The position numbers and the translations under genes were made by a program. A DNA stretch of 64,000 nt from Camelus dromedarius (Eukaryota), in NCBI RefSeq assembly GCF_036321535.1, contig NC_087444.1:44082001-44146000 (forward strand). The letters are read 5' to 3'. The notes under the pieces are model-generated. The model did no database searches and had not been told where the DNA came from. It saw only the letters and a list, made by a program, of their open reading frames with translations. Shown in pieces: positions 36,511-50,900 of this stretch (its first letter is position 1; each line of letters begins with the position of its first letter).

Positions 36511-37380
36511 AACAGCAGACAGTCCAACAGAGGGATGCAAAAACTCACCAATTGTCTTCTTTAACACAGGTGAGAAAGCCAAGTCAAGGCTTCAAAAGCA
36601 CTCTTGCTGGACACAGCCCATCTTGCAGTTGACAGGAATGTGGGTTTCGCCGATGTCCTCTGCACACTGCCCATGAGCTCTGGGACCAGCAAGGAAGGCA
36701 GATGTGGCCACCTCTGACCCCTGGTGGTCACTGTAGGAATGACTACCCCAGAACCTGGCTTGGCAACCCCAGCCGGTGCTCAGTCAGGGCAGATGCTGAC
36801 CTCCTGGTCCCTAGGCTGAGGCTGCCATCTGAACGTTCTTAGACACAGCTCACAGAACCTGGACCGGGTGTTCGCTCACACTCGGAAGGGCCCGCTCTTG
36901 GCCAAGTCCTGTTAGAAGCTGCCTAGAGATAGTGGCTGAGGACATCCGTGAGCAAGGTGCCTAATACAGCCCATTGAAACATTGTTTATCCTGCCAGGTG
37001 GTGGGACAGGCCACTCACACTTTTCTCTGCTACAACACAAATGAACCTTGACAACATGCTAAGTGAAAGAAGCCAAAAACCAGAGTGACGATTGTACGAT
37101 GCCATTGATTTGTAATGGTCAGAAGAGGCAAATCCTTACGGACAAAAAGTGGATTAGTAGTTGCCAGAGTCTGGGAGGAGAGAGGAGTGGGGAGTTACTG
37201 CTAATGAATACGGGGCTTCTTTTTGGAGTAATAAAAAAGTCCTGAAATTAGATAGTAGTAATGATTGCACAATTTGGTAAATACCATAAAACTGCTGAAT
37301 TGTACACTTTAAAAGAGTTCACTTTATGGTATGTGAATTATACCTCAATAGAGCTATTATTTTTTTAAAAAGACAGAAAT

Positions 37381-37685
37381 GAACTTATTTACAAAACAGA
37401 AACAATCACAGACATAGAAAACAAACTTATGGTTTTGGTGGGGAAGGGGTGGGAAGGGATAAATTGGTAGTTCGAGATTTGCAGATGCTCACTACTATAC
37501 ATAAAATAGATAACAAGTTCCTTCTGTATAGCACAGGGAACTATATCCAATATCTTGTAATAACCTATAATGAAAAAGAATATGAAAACGAATATGTGTA
37601 TATATATGTGTGATTGAAACATCATGCTGTACGCCAGTAATTGACACAGCATTGTAAACTGACTATACTTCAACAACAAAAAATT
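37381..37685 (+). mobile_element. Lineage L1 3' end, lying between an older + strand L1 3' end (about 37000-37380) and a minus-strand L1 fragment (about 37690-38330)
   Basis: Same 3' UTR family as 32775-33092. Confidence 0.85.
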
Positions 37686-40164
37686 GCATACAAGTGGCAG
37701 CATGGACTTGTTTTCATTTCTCTGAGTAAGTACCCAGGGGTAGGATTGCTGCCCCATGAGATAGGTGTATATATAACTTGGTAAGAAGCTGACAGACTTT
37801 TCCAAGGTGGCTGTACTATTTTCCATTCCCACCAACAATTTAAGACAGTTCCTGTTGCTTCACATCCTCATTAGCACTTGGTATAGTCAGGTTTTTGCTG
37901 TTGTTTTGTTTTCACTAATAGGTGAGTAGCATTTTTCCATTGTGGTTTTAATTTGCATTTCTTTTATGATTAAAGATACTGAATATATTGAGATCTCCTC
38001 ACATGCTTATTTTCCACCCATATCCCTTCTTTGTTGAAGCGTTTGTTCAACTCTTTTGTCCATTTTTAATTGGGTTGTTGGTTTTCTTATTTCTGAGTTC
38101 GGAGAATTCTTTATATACCCTGGACACAAGCCCTTTGTCAGACACGTTTTGCAAATTTCTTACAGTTTGTGGCTCATCTTTTCATCTTATTAAGAGTGCC
38201 TTTTTGAAGAGCCAAAGTGTGCAATTTTAATGAGGCCTAATTTATCCATTTTTTGCATGCTTTTTGTGTCCTAAGAAATTTTTGCCTGACCCAAGCCACA
38301 AATATTTTGCCTATGTTTTCTTCTAAACTGGCAGCTGAGACAGACAGGGATACAGACAGTCGTAAGAGAGAGAAATAACTACTGTCAGGGTGGGGCGGGG
38401 GTGGGGAGAGCAAAGGTTGTGGAGTGAGAGAAGGCTCCATCCTAGATTTTGGAGATCAGGGGCAGCCAAGTTCATAAGGGTGTGTTGTCATCTTTCTGCA
38501 GATGAAAGATCTGTGGGCCAGTGTTCCAGGTAGCTGTCCCAAAGCCTGAAGGTGAGAAAGGACCTGTTTGGGGAACTTAACAGTTCAAGATGGCAGGATG
38601 GAGGAGGACGAGGACGGAATGGTGGGAGTCAGGCAGAAGAAGTGAGCACAGGTGGGACCCCCAGGGCCTTTCTAGCTCCAGTGGGGATTTTGAGAAGAAG
38701 GATGGTGGAGGGTGTGGAAGGGTTCCACCAGAGAAGTTCAGGCCACAGGACAGAAAATTCCCTTAAGTTTCTAAATAAAGCTCGGACTGGGAATGGGGAG
38801 GCAGGGAGGCCTGTATCGAGGCTCTGTGAGGGATGGAGGCTGGGTCTGGACCAGGGTTGATGGGAGGGCACCACGAGGTAGACCCCTTGAGTGTCCTGGT
38901 GGCAACCTTGGCTGACAAGGGAAGCCACTGGGGAGAAGCCTCAAATTGAGTGTGGGGCTCATTCAGTGGGCAGAGGGCTCCCCAGGCACCACATGTGTAT
39001 TCATTTGAAGGGTGAAAAGTGTACACCTCGGACTCCCAAGCCAATGCTCCTTTCTAAGAGTGTTGCAAGACTTAGGAAAAGAAAGAAAGAAAAATAAAGA
39101 TAGGGAGGGGGAGAGCTAAAGGATGCCCAGTTAAATTTGAATTTCGGATAAACAGTGAACATTTTTTTAGTGTATGTCCCCCAAATTGGGCATCCTGCAT
39201 TTTATCTGGCAACCTTCATTTACTACAGGACCCCTCTTCCCCCAACAATACACTCACGATGCCTTTTTGAAAAAAAGCAGCAAAGCGACACAGAAACTGC
39301 TGGTCTGTGGCCTTTCTGACATCTACTTGTCATTCTTCACCAGATGCCTCCTCAGAGACTCTGGACCTGAACAGTGGCCCCAAACCCCACCCATTCCATC
39401 TTCCTGCTAGTCTGGAAGCCCCCGAGAGCTGAGCCCAGCCCAGTCTTGGCAAGGCCGGGACCCTGCCGAGAGGGAGGGGAGAGCACAAAGGCCCAGCAAC
39501 GTCTCTCTCATCCCTGCCCCTACACCCGGTTGGGGCATTTCCAGGAAGTGGTCCCTGCCCAGAGCTTGGACCCCAAACGGGCTCAGGGCCACATGTCTGG
39601 GGCTGTTCTTGGAACTACCAGACCCATCTTGTGTCACTGTGGCCATATCCTCCCTTGGGTAGCCCTGGGCTTGGTATGATCTAACAGGCCAGACCCAGGC
39701 TAAGGTAGGGATTGGTAGGGATTGGCAGGGGGTGGTGGGTACCAGGCAAGGCCCTGCTTCACTGGACTATGGATGCAGCCTGGGTTACCACTCCCTGGAG
39801 CCGCCCAAGAGAGGGGCTAGAGGTTCCCACGATCACCCTCATTGGCACAAGGACCCACCAAGGCTAGGGAGCCTGGTATAAGCCAGCTGAGTCAGTGGGA
39901 ATTTAAATAGATTAGAGGACTGGAGAACTGAGGGGTAGGGAGACAGGTGGCAATGACCTATGGGCTGCACTGTGTGGGAAATGTTTCTAAAATGACAAAA
40001 GGTCAGCATGCCTGGAGCAGATGCCACTCTGGGGAAAGTGGGAGAGAAGATGGCAAAGCCAAGGGACTGCAGGATGTTCTGAGGGAGGAGCTGGGCCTGG
40101 AGCTTAGATGTGTGGGCCTCTGAGACTGAGTTAACACTATTAATAATAATAGCAAAAACGTTAA

Positions 40165-40390
40165 CGATAACAACAACCACTTACTGGGCACTTACCCTCT
40201 GCTAAGCATCTTTCTATGGATTATTTTATTTAAATACAAAATAGGTACTACTATTACCCCTATTTTACAGATAGGAAAACTGAAGAACAGCGAGGTGGAG
40301 TGGCTTGTCCACAGTCACACAGCTGACAAATGACAACGCTGGCATTTGAGCCCAGGCAGTCTGGCTCCCAGAGCCTGCACCACTCTCCAC
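40165..40390. mobile_element. MIR (one of many MIR/L2 remnants in the window, e.g. about 25140-25330, 26760-26960, 43280-43440)
   Basis: ttttacagataggaaaactgaag...cacagtcacacagctg core. Confidence 0.7.
40225..40230 (-). terminator. Candidate ADGRG5 polyadenylation signal AATAAA, inside a MIR
   Basis: TTTATT on the + strand about 1.6 kb past the stop; the nearest AATAAA I found by eye; no transcript evidence. Confidence 0.3.
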
Positions 40391-41841
40391 AAGGGCTATT
40401 TACATCAAGAAATGAGCAAAGGGCAGAGGGAGATCCCCAGGGAGAAAAGGGATCCGGCTCCAATTCCCTCTCTGTGACATTCAAAGTCATTAAAATCTGT
40501 CTGATGGCCTGGAGTGGGGCCCTGGGAGCCTACCCCAGCCCACCACTCTAGTTCCTGGTCTGCCAGAGCACAAGACTCCAAGAGCTACAGCGGGCAGCTG
40601 CTTTGGAAAAGAGAAATGGCTGCATAGATGGTGCTAGCATTCCTCCTGCCAGTCACTCCACAAGTGCAGTCCTGGAGGCAGGGAGGGCCTCTCCATCTGG
40701 TGTGTCATGTCCACAGACAGGCGACCACAGCCTCTCCAGGCATGGTTTTGGAGCCAAGGGCTTCTGAGCATGTGCCAACAGCGCCCCCTGGTGTGCACCC
40801 TTGGAAAGGCGTTGGCTTCATGGGCAGTCCCTGGCTTGGTCAGACAGGACAGGTCAAGCACAATGGTGATTCTCTACAACTGTGACCTGAGCGTGGGATT
40901 TAGAACCCACACCCTCATGCCTGCCTACCAGAGGAAATTCATTCCTGCCCAGTCATCAAATATCAGGGTGACTGGAGCTCAGATGGAGGGGAAAGAGGTG
41001 CCCTGCTTCTACCTCCAGAAAGCTGTATTGACCCAGTCTCTGGTCTATATGGGGGTCCTATGTGGGTCTTAGGAGCCCTGGAGGAGGACCCTCTGGGAAG
41101 GATGGGACTTCCCAATCTTTGGGAAAGGTAGGCTTGGAGTCAAAGTCACCATAAGTTGGGAGCTAAAGGAAAAGAGGCCTCAGGCATAGGTTGGTGAAGT
41201 CTCAGTGAGTGGGTCTCTAAGCACTGGGCTGAGGACCCCTGGCCAGGGCTGACTCTCTCCCAGAGGAAGGGAGCAGGGCCCATCAGGTGTTTCCAGTGGA
41301 GGCTGGCCAATACCCAGCCCCCAAAAGACAGGTAGAGGTAATAGGGCCAGGGTGGGGATCCCCACCCCACTGTGACCTCCTCCTTCCTGGTCCCATTCAT
41401 CCTGAACAAAGCTCTGGGATTAGGCAGGGCCAGAGCCATCTTCCCCCATGTCACAGATGTGAAAACCAAGGGTCAATGAGAAATGACAGGCCCAAGGTCA
41501 TACAGGGAGACTCAGAGCCAGGCCTTAAAATGTGATCTCCTGACTCCCAGGCCAGTGCTCTGGCCATAGGCCTGGCCAGATCAGCCCAGGCACCAGGAGA
41601 AAGTTTGCTGCCCCAACGTGGGGTTGGACCTGCCTCAGAGCAGAATGCTAGGGGAAGCAGAGCAACACCCTGCCCCCTGGGCCTGGGGAGTTATGGAGGT
41701 GCAAAAGCACCCCTGGAGGGCACAGTGGTCTCTGGTGTCCAGCAGCTGGCCTGCCATCTTCTCTGGTAGAAGCCAGGGTCTCGGGCTGCAGGCAGCCAGA
41801 TAGGCTGGGGGTTCTGGACCAGGAGGCTCAGACAGTCCAGA

Positions 41842-41942
41842 CTACTGCATCGTATGGGAGGAACTGAATGCCTCCATCTCCGCCTCCGCCTCTGCCTCTG
41901 AGCGGCACCTCTGGGAGCAGAACCATAGGAAAAGGAAGAAAC
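41842..41942 (-). CDS. ADGRG5: ADGRG5 last coding exon (FFLFLWFCSQRCRSEAEAEAEMEAFSSSHTMQ*)
   Basis: gcttgcag|GT acceptor, TAG stop at 41844..41842. Confidence 0.95.
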
Positions 41943-44900
41943 CTGCAAGCAAAAGACTGGTCAGTGGGAGCATCATGGGAGCAGTGGGGCACCTCCCCCA
42001 GAATCTAAGCACCTCCTTCGTTGGGAGGTGAGTTGGGCCTCCCTGAGGCCCAGGAGTAATTCTCAGAACCCCTTACTGTTGGAGGCCAGAAGAGGGCAGA
42101 GCACAGGAGCTGGAGGACCCAACCACCACTAGCCTGTTGGGTGCCTTTGTGCAAATTACAAGGTGGCGCCCCTTTCTATGGGTAGATGTAGCCCCAAACA
42201 AGCTTGTCAGAGGCTAGATTTCAGCCCCCAGCTCGTCCCCTTGACCTGAAGCCCTTCAGCAATAAATATACACCAGCTGTACACGCCCCTGGGGTTTCCT
42301 CCACGACACCCATAGGCCCTACCGTAGAGCGAGTTGAAGATGGTGAAGAGGAAGAGCTGGGGCAGCAGGAAGACGCCAAAGGAGAAGAAGGCCAAGGCCC
42401 AGGTGGTGCCCAGGAGCACGGTGAGGCCCAGCACGGTGACGGTGTCCCGGCAGGCCCGAGGGCCTGGCGCCTTCTCCTTTGCCCGCAGTTTGTGCAGGAC
42501 CCGCAGCGCCCAGGCCAGCACCACCAGGTTGAAAAGGGACGTGAGGCCACCATAGCCCATGACCAGGACACTGTGCACCCCAGGGTTCCGTACCCAGCAT
42601 CTGCAGGGAATGAGTGAAGCGCCAGGGTTGGTGTGGCTCCCAAGGCTGGTAGAGGGAAAGCCGCAGTCTTCTGGGCCTCTGGACTGCCTCTTGAACCTGG
42701 TCCTATTTCCCAGCCCAGACATATTGTTTCATCATGTGGTGAAGTCCACCACAACAGGACCCACCTGCTACCTTGGCCTCCTGCCCAAAGCCCTGGCACA
42801 CCTCCTTTCCAGCCACACCAGTCTCTCTCACTCCTCTGTGCCTTTACCCACCTGAAAACTCTTCCTCTCCTCCTGCTTCTACGGCCAGCCCAACCATCAA
42901 CTGGTATGCTATCGATTGGATCATTGGTCTGGAAACTTCTTCTACCCACCACATCGTTATCACCATCTCATCATCATCTTTGTGCAATGGCCCTAGGATG
43001 CCCTCTCCACTTATACTGGGCCACCTGCCCTTCCCTGAGCCTTGAATGAGCTGCTGCAACGAGCCTTGGTAGAGGGGCGCTCTCCATGTGTGGACTGAGG
43101 AGCAGAGGGAGCAGCAGGAAAGTTCCACCAAGGGCAGAGGAAAGAGCCAGAGAGATGCCTGACAGAGGCTGCATCCCTGGTCCTGCCCTCCCTGAAGTCT
43201 TCACTCCCTTTGCTTCCCCCAGACAACTGTAAGACAGGTGCTGCCTTTTACCCAGTCAGGTCACGTGATTTCTGTAAATCAGCTATTCAGTCCTCATGAT
43301 GACCCTATGAGGCAGGTGCGTAATCATCCCCATCCTACAGATGAAGAAACTGAGGCTCTGGTTTAGGAACTGACACTAGTAAGAGGCAAAGGTAAGACTT
43401 GAAGCCCTGTGATCTAAGCCCAGAGCTTGCATCCCTGATTGTCACGATCACCTGCTCAGGCTCTCACTGTGGGCTCCTGCCACTGCAGACACCAGGGTCC
43501 CTGAACATTATCTTGGAGAATTAGCCAAGTAGATGAGGGTGGTGGTGGATCATTCCTTTCCACTGTCTAGCAAGGGTGGCTCTATCACACTTACTAATCT
43601 GGTGTCCTGTCAGCGGGTACTAGAGTTATTTTCAAGGTTTTTTAGAATTGCTGTTAAAGAAGATGTGGTGTATATATACACGATGGAATATTATTCAGAC
43701 ACAAAAAGAAGGAAATCTTGCTATTTGCAANNNNNNNNNNNNNNNNNNNNNNNNNNNNNNNNNNNNNNNNNNNNNNNNNNNNNNNNNNNNNNNNNNNNNN
43801 NNNNNNNNNNNNNNNNNNNNNNNNNNNNNNNNNNNNNNNNNNNNNNNNNNNNNNNNNNNNNNNNNNNNNNNNNNNNCAGGAGGTGGGAGCAAAATGGGTG
43901 AAGCAGGTCAAAAGGTACAAACTTCCAGTTAAAAATAAATAAGTCCTGAGGATGTAATGGACAGTATGCTGACTACAGTTAATTACACTGTATTGCATAT
44001 TTGAAAATTGCTAAGAAAGTAGATCTTAAAAGTTCTTATCACAAGAAAAAAAAATTCTGTAACTATGATGACAGATGTTAACTAGACGTACTGTGGTGAT
44101 CATTTTGCAATATATACAAATATCTAATCAGTATATTGTACACTTGAAACTAATATAATGTTACATGTCAATTACACTTCAATTAAAAAAAGTTAAAAAA
44201 ATTTTTTAATTGTTAAAGAATACATACATACGCAGTAAGGGTTTTTTAAACGCAGAAGTATAAAAGTCACAAGATCCGGGGTAAGAAGGGGGAAGGAGCG
44301 GTGAGGAAGACTAAAGAGAAGCTGGTTCTCAGGGCGGGAGCTCTCTAACATCCCTACATTCATGTGCTTCCTGGGCTGGTGTGTCACTTCAGTTCTTTTG
44401 TCCATGTCACATACTAGATAATAAAACACCCTGTTTAATGAATCCTAAGTCACACTTCCTCTAAGAAACCACCCAACCCTCACAGTGAGAGGAATTAACC
44501 CCACCTCAGCTCCACTCCGAGCCAAGCCCCCACTTCCCAGAAGCTGGGAGGGGCGGTAGTTGGGGGCAGGACTCTGGAGCCAGCCTGCCTGTGACCCTTA
44601 ACGGGCTGGGTCCCCTTGGGCAGGGTTCTTCAGCTGCCTGAGCCTCAGTTTCCCTAACTGTCCACAAGGGCTGACAATAGGACCTACTCCTTGCTGTGAG
44701 GATTAAACAAGCTGACCCACAGGCCTGCCAACAGCATCAGCCCTCAGCAATCCTGAGCTCACGTCAGCCAGGAAAGGAAAAAAGGCCAGAAGGCCAGCTG
44801 CTGGTGATGGGTCTACAGGGGTTTGTTAAGCTAGGCTTGCTCTGTTGGCTGTTAGAAACTTTTCGTAACAAGAAAAGGTAAATGTCCCAGAGCACAGGAA

Positions 44901-47900
44901 GCAGCAGCAGAGTCTGTCCCCAGACTCCCCCAGGCCCCCTACCCCCACACACTCTGAGCCCAGTCCCTGGGGTGTCCCAGCCTCTACAACACTCTCTTCG
45001 CTGATTAGGAGTGTCTGAGGGCTGGCAGTGCCATGCCAGCACAGATTGGGGGAACCAGTGCCGGAGCCTGAGCAGGCGAAGCAAGGTGGTCGGTGGGGAA
45101 GAGCCAGGGGCAGGCTGAGCTCCACTGAGGGCCTGAGAGTCCAGGGCCAGGGATGGGGGGTGGTGCTGGCCTGCAGCTGTGCGTTGCCAGGAGGCCTGGC
45201 CTAGGAGGCCGTGTGTGGGCACTGGAGTCCTAGAGTTAGCCAGTGGCAGAATAGAACATGAGCCTGGCCCGCGAGAGGCCTTGGGGTTCCAGCACAAGGC
45301 TGTGGCCAAGCCCCCTGGAAACTGCCCCCTGTCTAAGAAGTGGCCCCCTCCCTGCCCCACAGCCAGTGCCCTGCCTGCAGGCCACCGTCTGGAGCCCCAG
45401 GGCCCAGTGGCCCTGCTGTCAGAGCCAGGGAGCTGCCGCAGCCCTAAGCACACTCACATGGACATGTTCTGGAAGCCCGTGCTGTTTCCCTGGCTGTTGG
45501 AGAGAGGGATCACGTAGGGTCCGTAAACTGAGCTCTTGACAGCAACAAGGAGCAGCACCAGGGAAGCTGGGACCCCTGAGGAGTGGGACAGAGGCTCAGA
45601 ATCTGTCAGAAGTCCCCAGAGGTGAGCTGGCTGTGAGTTCCTGGGGCTCCTAAAACAGAATTCCACTGGGCAAGTGAAGTGGCCGGAGGGAAAGAGACTG
45701 TTTCCAGCCGCTGTCACGTGATCCAGCCTCAGTGCAATCAGCCTGGTGGTCTTAGAGAAGGCTGTCTCCAAAGTGATATGAGTGAGGGCCCTAAGGTGGG
45801 ATGGTAGCAGCTGTAGTGATGGTCACAATGTGAGGTGGTGGCTCGGAGGTAATGGGAGAGAGGGTTTGGGAACTGGTGAGGAAGCAGCTAATAAAGTGAG
45901 GGGCTAGGATGGCAATAGAGATGGCAACGATGGTGGTACCAGAGACAGTGGTGAAGGTAAGGATGAGGATGGCAGTGGTGATGGAAGTGGAGGTGATGGT
46001 GGAGGTGATGGTGGTACTGGAGGTGGTGATGATAGAAGTATTGAAGGTGGAAGTGGTAATGAGAATAGCAGTGTAGGAAGCGGTGGTGGGTGTTGGCAGG
46101 GGTAACGGGTGGTCTTGGCAGCAGTCACCGTGATGAGGAGGAAGAGAAAAGGAAGGATGGAAGGGGCAGACATATGGTCTGGCTGGAAGCCTCAGGAAGC
46201 AAGAGCGGAGGGAGACTCTGCTTACCCCAGCCCACGGCACAGAGCTTGAGCACGTATCGGCGGATGTAGACGTTGTAGACACGCCCAAGTAGGAGGTAGA
46301 GGTTGAAGCCTTCAATGGCCATCCAGGTGAGGCAGCTGAGCAGTGAGTAGTGCAGGATGGCAGCCAGGGCCGTGCATGCTGACCCGGGCACGGGGGGCAT
46401 GGCCAGCACTGGGCTCAGCAGGAAGGCGACATTGAGGAACAGCACAGAGGCGTGCAGGTTCATGTGGATGCGTGTTATGGAGTCACTCTGCCTCCTGTGG
46501 GTGGGAGCATGGCCCTCTGTGACCTGGACATCACCAGGCAGTTCCACTCCCTGGGCTCATAGACACACAAAGACCAGGACACAGGTCGAGAGGGGCAGGG
46601 ACCCAAGAGCAGCCACACAGGGAGGCTGATCTCCTGTCTCCCAGGATCTGCCCTCTGGAGAAGCCCACCAGACTCTGGGGGACTGAGCAGGAAAGAAGGA
46701 GGAGGGCTGAGCATCAGTGGGTGGGCAGGCCCAGCAGGAGAGCAGGGGAATACCTGGCATAGAAGTGCAGCAGGACAGTGAGCAGTGAGGCCACGATGGA
46801 GATGCTGCAGCCCACCAGGGAGATGTACGTGAGAGGCGCCAACAACTCTGCAGGGACTGGGGCCGGAGAGAGTTGCTGTGGGAGGGAAGGAGGGCCAGAA
46901 GCATGGAAATACCCTCCCCAGGCTGAATTGGAGAGATCTACCAAGACCTTACCTCTAAGACCCCACCCTACAATCCTAGCTGTAGTCCTGGCTTGAAAAC
47001 AGCCATAGCAGACATAGTGGCCTTTCCACCTCCCAAGTCCCATCTCCCCTCCACTCCCTCATGCTCTAGGCACATGGGTGGACCCTCCACTTCTCCCACT
47101 ACGTGCAGTCAGGTGTACCAGGCCTGGACTATCAGGCCTATCCCTCCTCCTGCCCCCAGTGACTGATTAAGGGATGGGCATGTGATGCACCCTAGGCCTG
47201 TGAGACTCAGTCCCAAGACTTTGGCTGGCAGAATTGGGAAGACAGCTCTCGGTCTACTGGCCTGACAGCTTGCAGGACATGAGCCTGGGACTACTAGCAG
47301 CCATATTATTATCCCATGGGGAGATCTAAGCTAGCACAAAGCAAGCACAATTGACAGACAGAGATAGAATGAGATAGATCCTATCCTGGTGCTACTGAGC
47401 CCCTGGATCAAGCCGTGCCTGAGGACTTAACTCCAGCCTTTTCAGGAACATGAACCCATAAATTTCTTTTTTTTTTTTTTCTTAAGCCCATCTGAGTTGG
47501 ATTTTCTGTCTGTTGAATCAGCTTTTGCCTTTCTCCTCTGTCCTGGACATGGGGCTCTCTGCAGTTCTGACCACCCTCACCCAGGCTGGATGCGTACATA
47601 CCATGAGAACAGCAAAGTAGGTGAGGTGGGTGCAGCGGCAGAGCACCTGGGAAGGTGAGGGCTGCTCTGTGCGACAGCCCTCAGGGCTCCAGACCCCCCA
47701 GTGCTGTTTGCTGGCTCCCTCCTTCCAGAAGACACAAGTCACCATGTAGCCTTCCTAAGGGGAGATGCTGGAGTTGGGTGTATCCGAGGGGTGCAGGGGA
47801 GGGCTGTGGATCAGGGTCTGGAAATTGTGGGGGCCAAAGGTGACTCATCTGTACCCTGGTCAACATTTTACCAGGCACTGGCTGGGCTTTGACATCAGAC

Positions 47901-50900
47901 AGACCCAGATTCCAGCCCCACCTCCACCATGGACTCTGAGAGTGACCTGGGAAGTCATAGAAGTTTCCTGAGCCTGTTTATTCATTTGCAAAATGGGATC
48001 ATTTATACCCAAGTCACAAGGATGTGGAACAATCAAAGGCAATGAGGAATCTTGAGCACCCAGCTCTGGCCTATACAGTAGGTGCTCTATAATCAACTGT
48101 CCCCTTCCCTTGCCTCCCTTTAGGGAACAGTGATGGTCCAGTCCCTTCCCAGTGGGGGAGAGAGAGAGTCATCCACAGACAACCCTGATGCCAAATCATG
48201 TGGGTGGAGAGGTGCCATGAAATACCACAGAGGAAGTGACAGAGAAGTCCTGAGACGGGAAGGGACAACTGGGGCACTGAGGCCTTAGAAGATGCATCAG
48301 ATTTCAACAGAAGAGGAGCAAGGATGTACCAGGTGAAGGGAACCACAGGGATAAATTCCAGAATGAAAGAAAACATGATGGGAAAATTGGGAGTGCAGAT
48401 GGTCCTGATGAGGCAGACAGAAGATAGGGCCAGACTGCAGAGGCTCTAGGCTTTTCACAAATACGATCAGGGCTTGTGCCTACCCAGCAGCCCTTCTTCT
48501 TTCAGTATCAACATCTGCAGTTTCCTGGAGGACCCACCCATCCCCCAATATCAGGTCAAATAAATCCAGCCTAGTCTCTGGGCCATGTGACCCAGGTCTG
48601 GCCAATCCACCTGTCCCATGCCCCTGGGCACATTGATGGTTCTGGATGGACACATGACCCAGCTGGACCTTCAGGATCCATTGTAGATCTTGGTTTGCAC
48701 TAGTCAGAAAGAGCCTACTGAGAAGAGGGGAAGGAGTCCAGCACTTCAGCTGTTATCTTGCCACAGAGTGGAGAGCCAAGGCAGGAGACCATTGTTAAGA
48801 GATAGAGACTGAGCTATATGGCATCATATCAGCCCCTGGATCCAGCCATGCCTGAAGCTAGAACAGCCCTGGATGTTTCAAGTACATGAGCCAATAAAGT
48901 CCCTTTACTGCTTAAGCTGGCTTGAGTTGGTTTTCTACCACTTGCAATTCAAAGAATCCTGACTAATGCAGTGATTAAAAGCTTCTCTCTCTTATTTCTT
49001 TGGCAGGAATTCCCAAAGTGTGATGAATTTAAAGCAGTTTCCCAGATGGTTCCACAGGTTTGGGCCTCCTCAAACCAATGTTCAACAGGACAGTCACAAG
49101 GGGGCAGGGGTGGGGTGGAAATGGGGGTGTCCCCAACATTACCAGGCTTTGGTTGTGCCAGAAGCTGATGTTCACTGGCTCACTGAGGTTGTGCACATGT
49201 CCATGGCCCAGCTGGGCCCCCAGGACATAGTTATTGAGCAGAGATGAGTTGATGTCTTTCTGGAAAGGCAGAGAAAAAGGGCTGACTTGGGGGACATGAG
49301 GAGACCTTGGATGAGGTCCAAGACCCACCCCCCTCCTCCCTGGATGAGAAAAGCGGCATGGTTTTCATGTGTACAGCTGGGCCACTTCCCAGTCTTTACA
49401 CATGCTGCCCCCTCCACCTGGAAAGCTGACTTCTCACCACCACCCCCACCTCCCATTTGTTAAATGAATTCCAGCCTCATACCCTCCACCTCACCCTACC
49501 CTAATTCACTTTCAAAACCAAAGTTAAAAGGCACCTCCTCCAGAAGTTGTATCTCTACGGTTATAACCAAACCTGAGCTAAAATTAAGTCTCTTAGCTCC
49601 TGGTCTAATGGTTGAGCTATTTCTCCAAGGGCAGGGATCTGTGACCTACTTGTCTGCCTCCCATCTGGAGACAGGCACAGACACAGTAGATTTCTTAGGT
49701 CTCATTTGCCCATTGGAATTGCGCCTCCCTATCACTCTGCTAAAACTGAGCCCCAGAGAGGGGCACTGACTGGCTGAGGTTGCACAGTAGGCTGGTCCCT
49801 GCCCAGAGGCCAGGAGGTGGCATGGATACCTGTGATGCCCTCAGGAAGGGGCCAGCTCCCACCCTGCTTGGTCCATCCTGGAAAAAGTGGGTAGTGGAGA
49901 AGTAGATGCAGATGAGACGCAGCTCCCTCTGGTGGGTCCTGCAGGCATCTCTGGTCAGCTCCGCTGGGAACTGCATGGCGTGCTGGGCTGGGGCCTGCAG
50001 ACAGCCAAAGACAGGCTGGGCCTGGTGTCTGAAGACCCCACACTCACCGCAACACCTTCACTGCTTCCCACTCCTAGTGAAGCCTTCCCAGCCTGGCCTT
50101 GAGCATCTCCTACCTTGGAGCCTCTACCCACAGAACCCTCTCCTGCCAGGCTGCACCTCTACCCAAACTTCCCGAGGTCCCAGGCCTTCCCTCCAGGCCG
50201 TCCCCCCAGGCTGCTCCAGTCTTGAGTTTGGGTTATTTACCCCACCCAATTGGAGCTTGAGGATGGAGCACCTTAGGCCCCAGCACCCAGGCATTCAGCG
50301 GGAATCACAGCAGGATCCTCAAAGGAGCCCAGATTCCCTGGCCTCTCCCACAGCAGCCTCCCCTCAGGAACCTGCAAAAGCAGAAAGAAGATGCTGCTTC
50401 TGAGGGGCTATAAGCATCGTTTTTCCATCATTCACATGAAGAGTATCAGCTCCATTTTACAGAGGAGGCAATTCACAGCTATTAGAGCAGAGCCTGGATT
50501 GGTGGGGAGGAGGGTGATGGACCCTGGGGAAGGTCCAGACCTTAAACCCGTGGAGGATTTCTGGGGTGGAGGCACTGGCCACCCCCCATCCCCAGCCACC
50601 TCTGACCTGGGGGACCCGCCCCAGAGCAGCACTGCTCAGTGAGAGGCCAGTGAAGTCGCAGCCCAGCTTGAAGGCCAGTGTCTGGATGGTGTTCGTCTGC
50701 AAAGTGAGGTTGTGGCCCCCGAAGCTGGCGTTGAGCAGCCTACACTCCAGGCCATGGATGAGCCTGAAGGCAAGAGAAATGACCAGAGCCCCGAGTGAGG
50801 ATGGAGGTGAGAGGGGCTCTCCACAGCCTCCCCTATCCCATACCCTAATCTCCAGACATTTGCACACACAGTATTCCTGACACTCTTACCTCCCCACCCC

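Noticed and set aside
45791-46315. Thr/Ser-rich mucin-like ORF
   Set aside because: Translation of an intronic GGT/GAT low-complexity tract overlapping ADGRG5 exon 9 in another frame.
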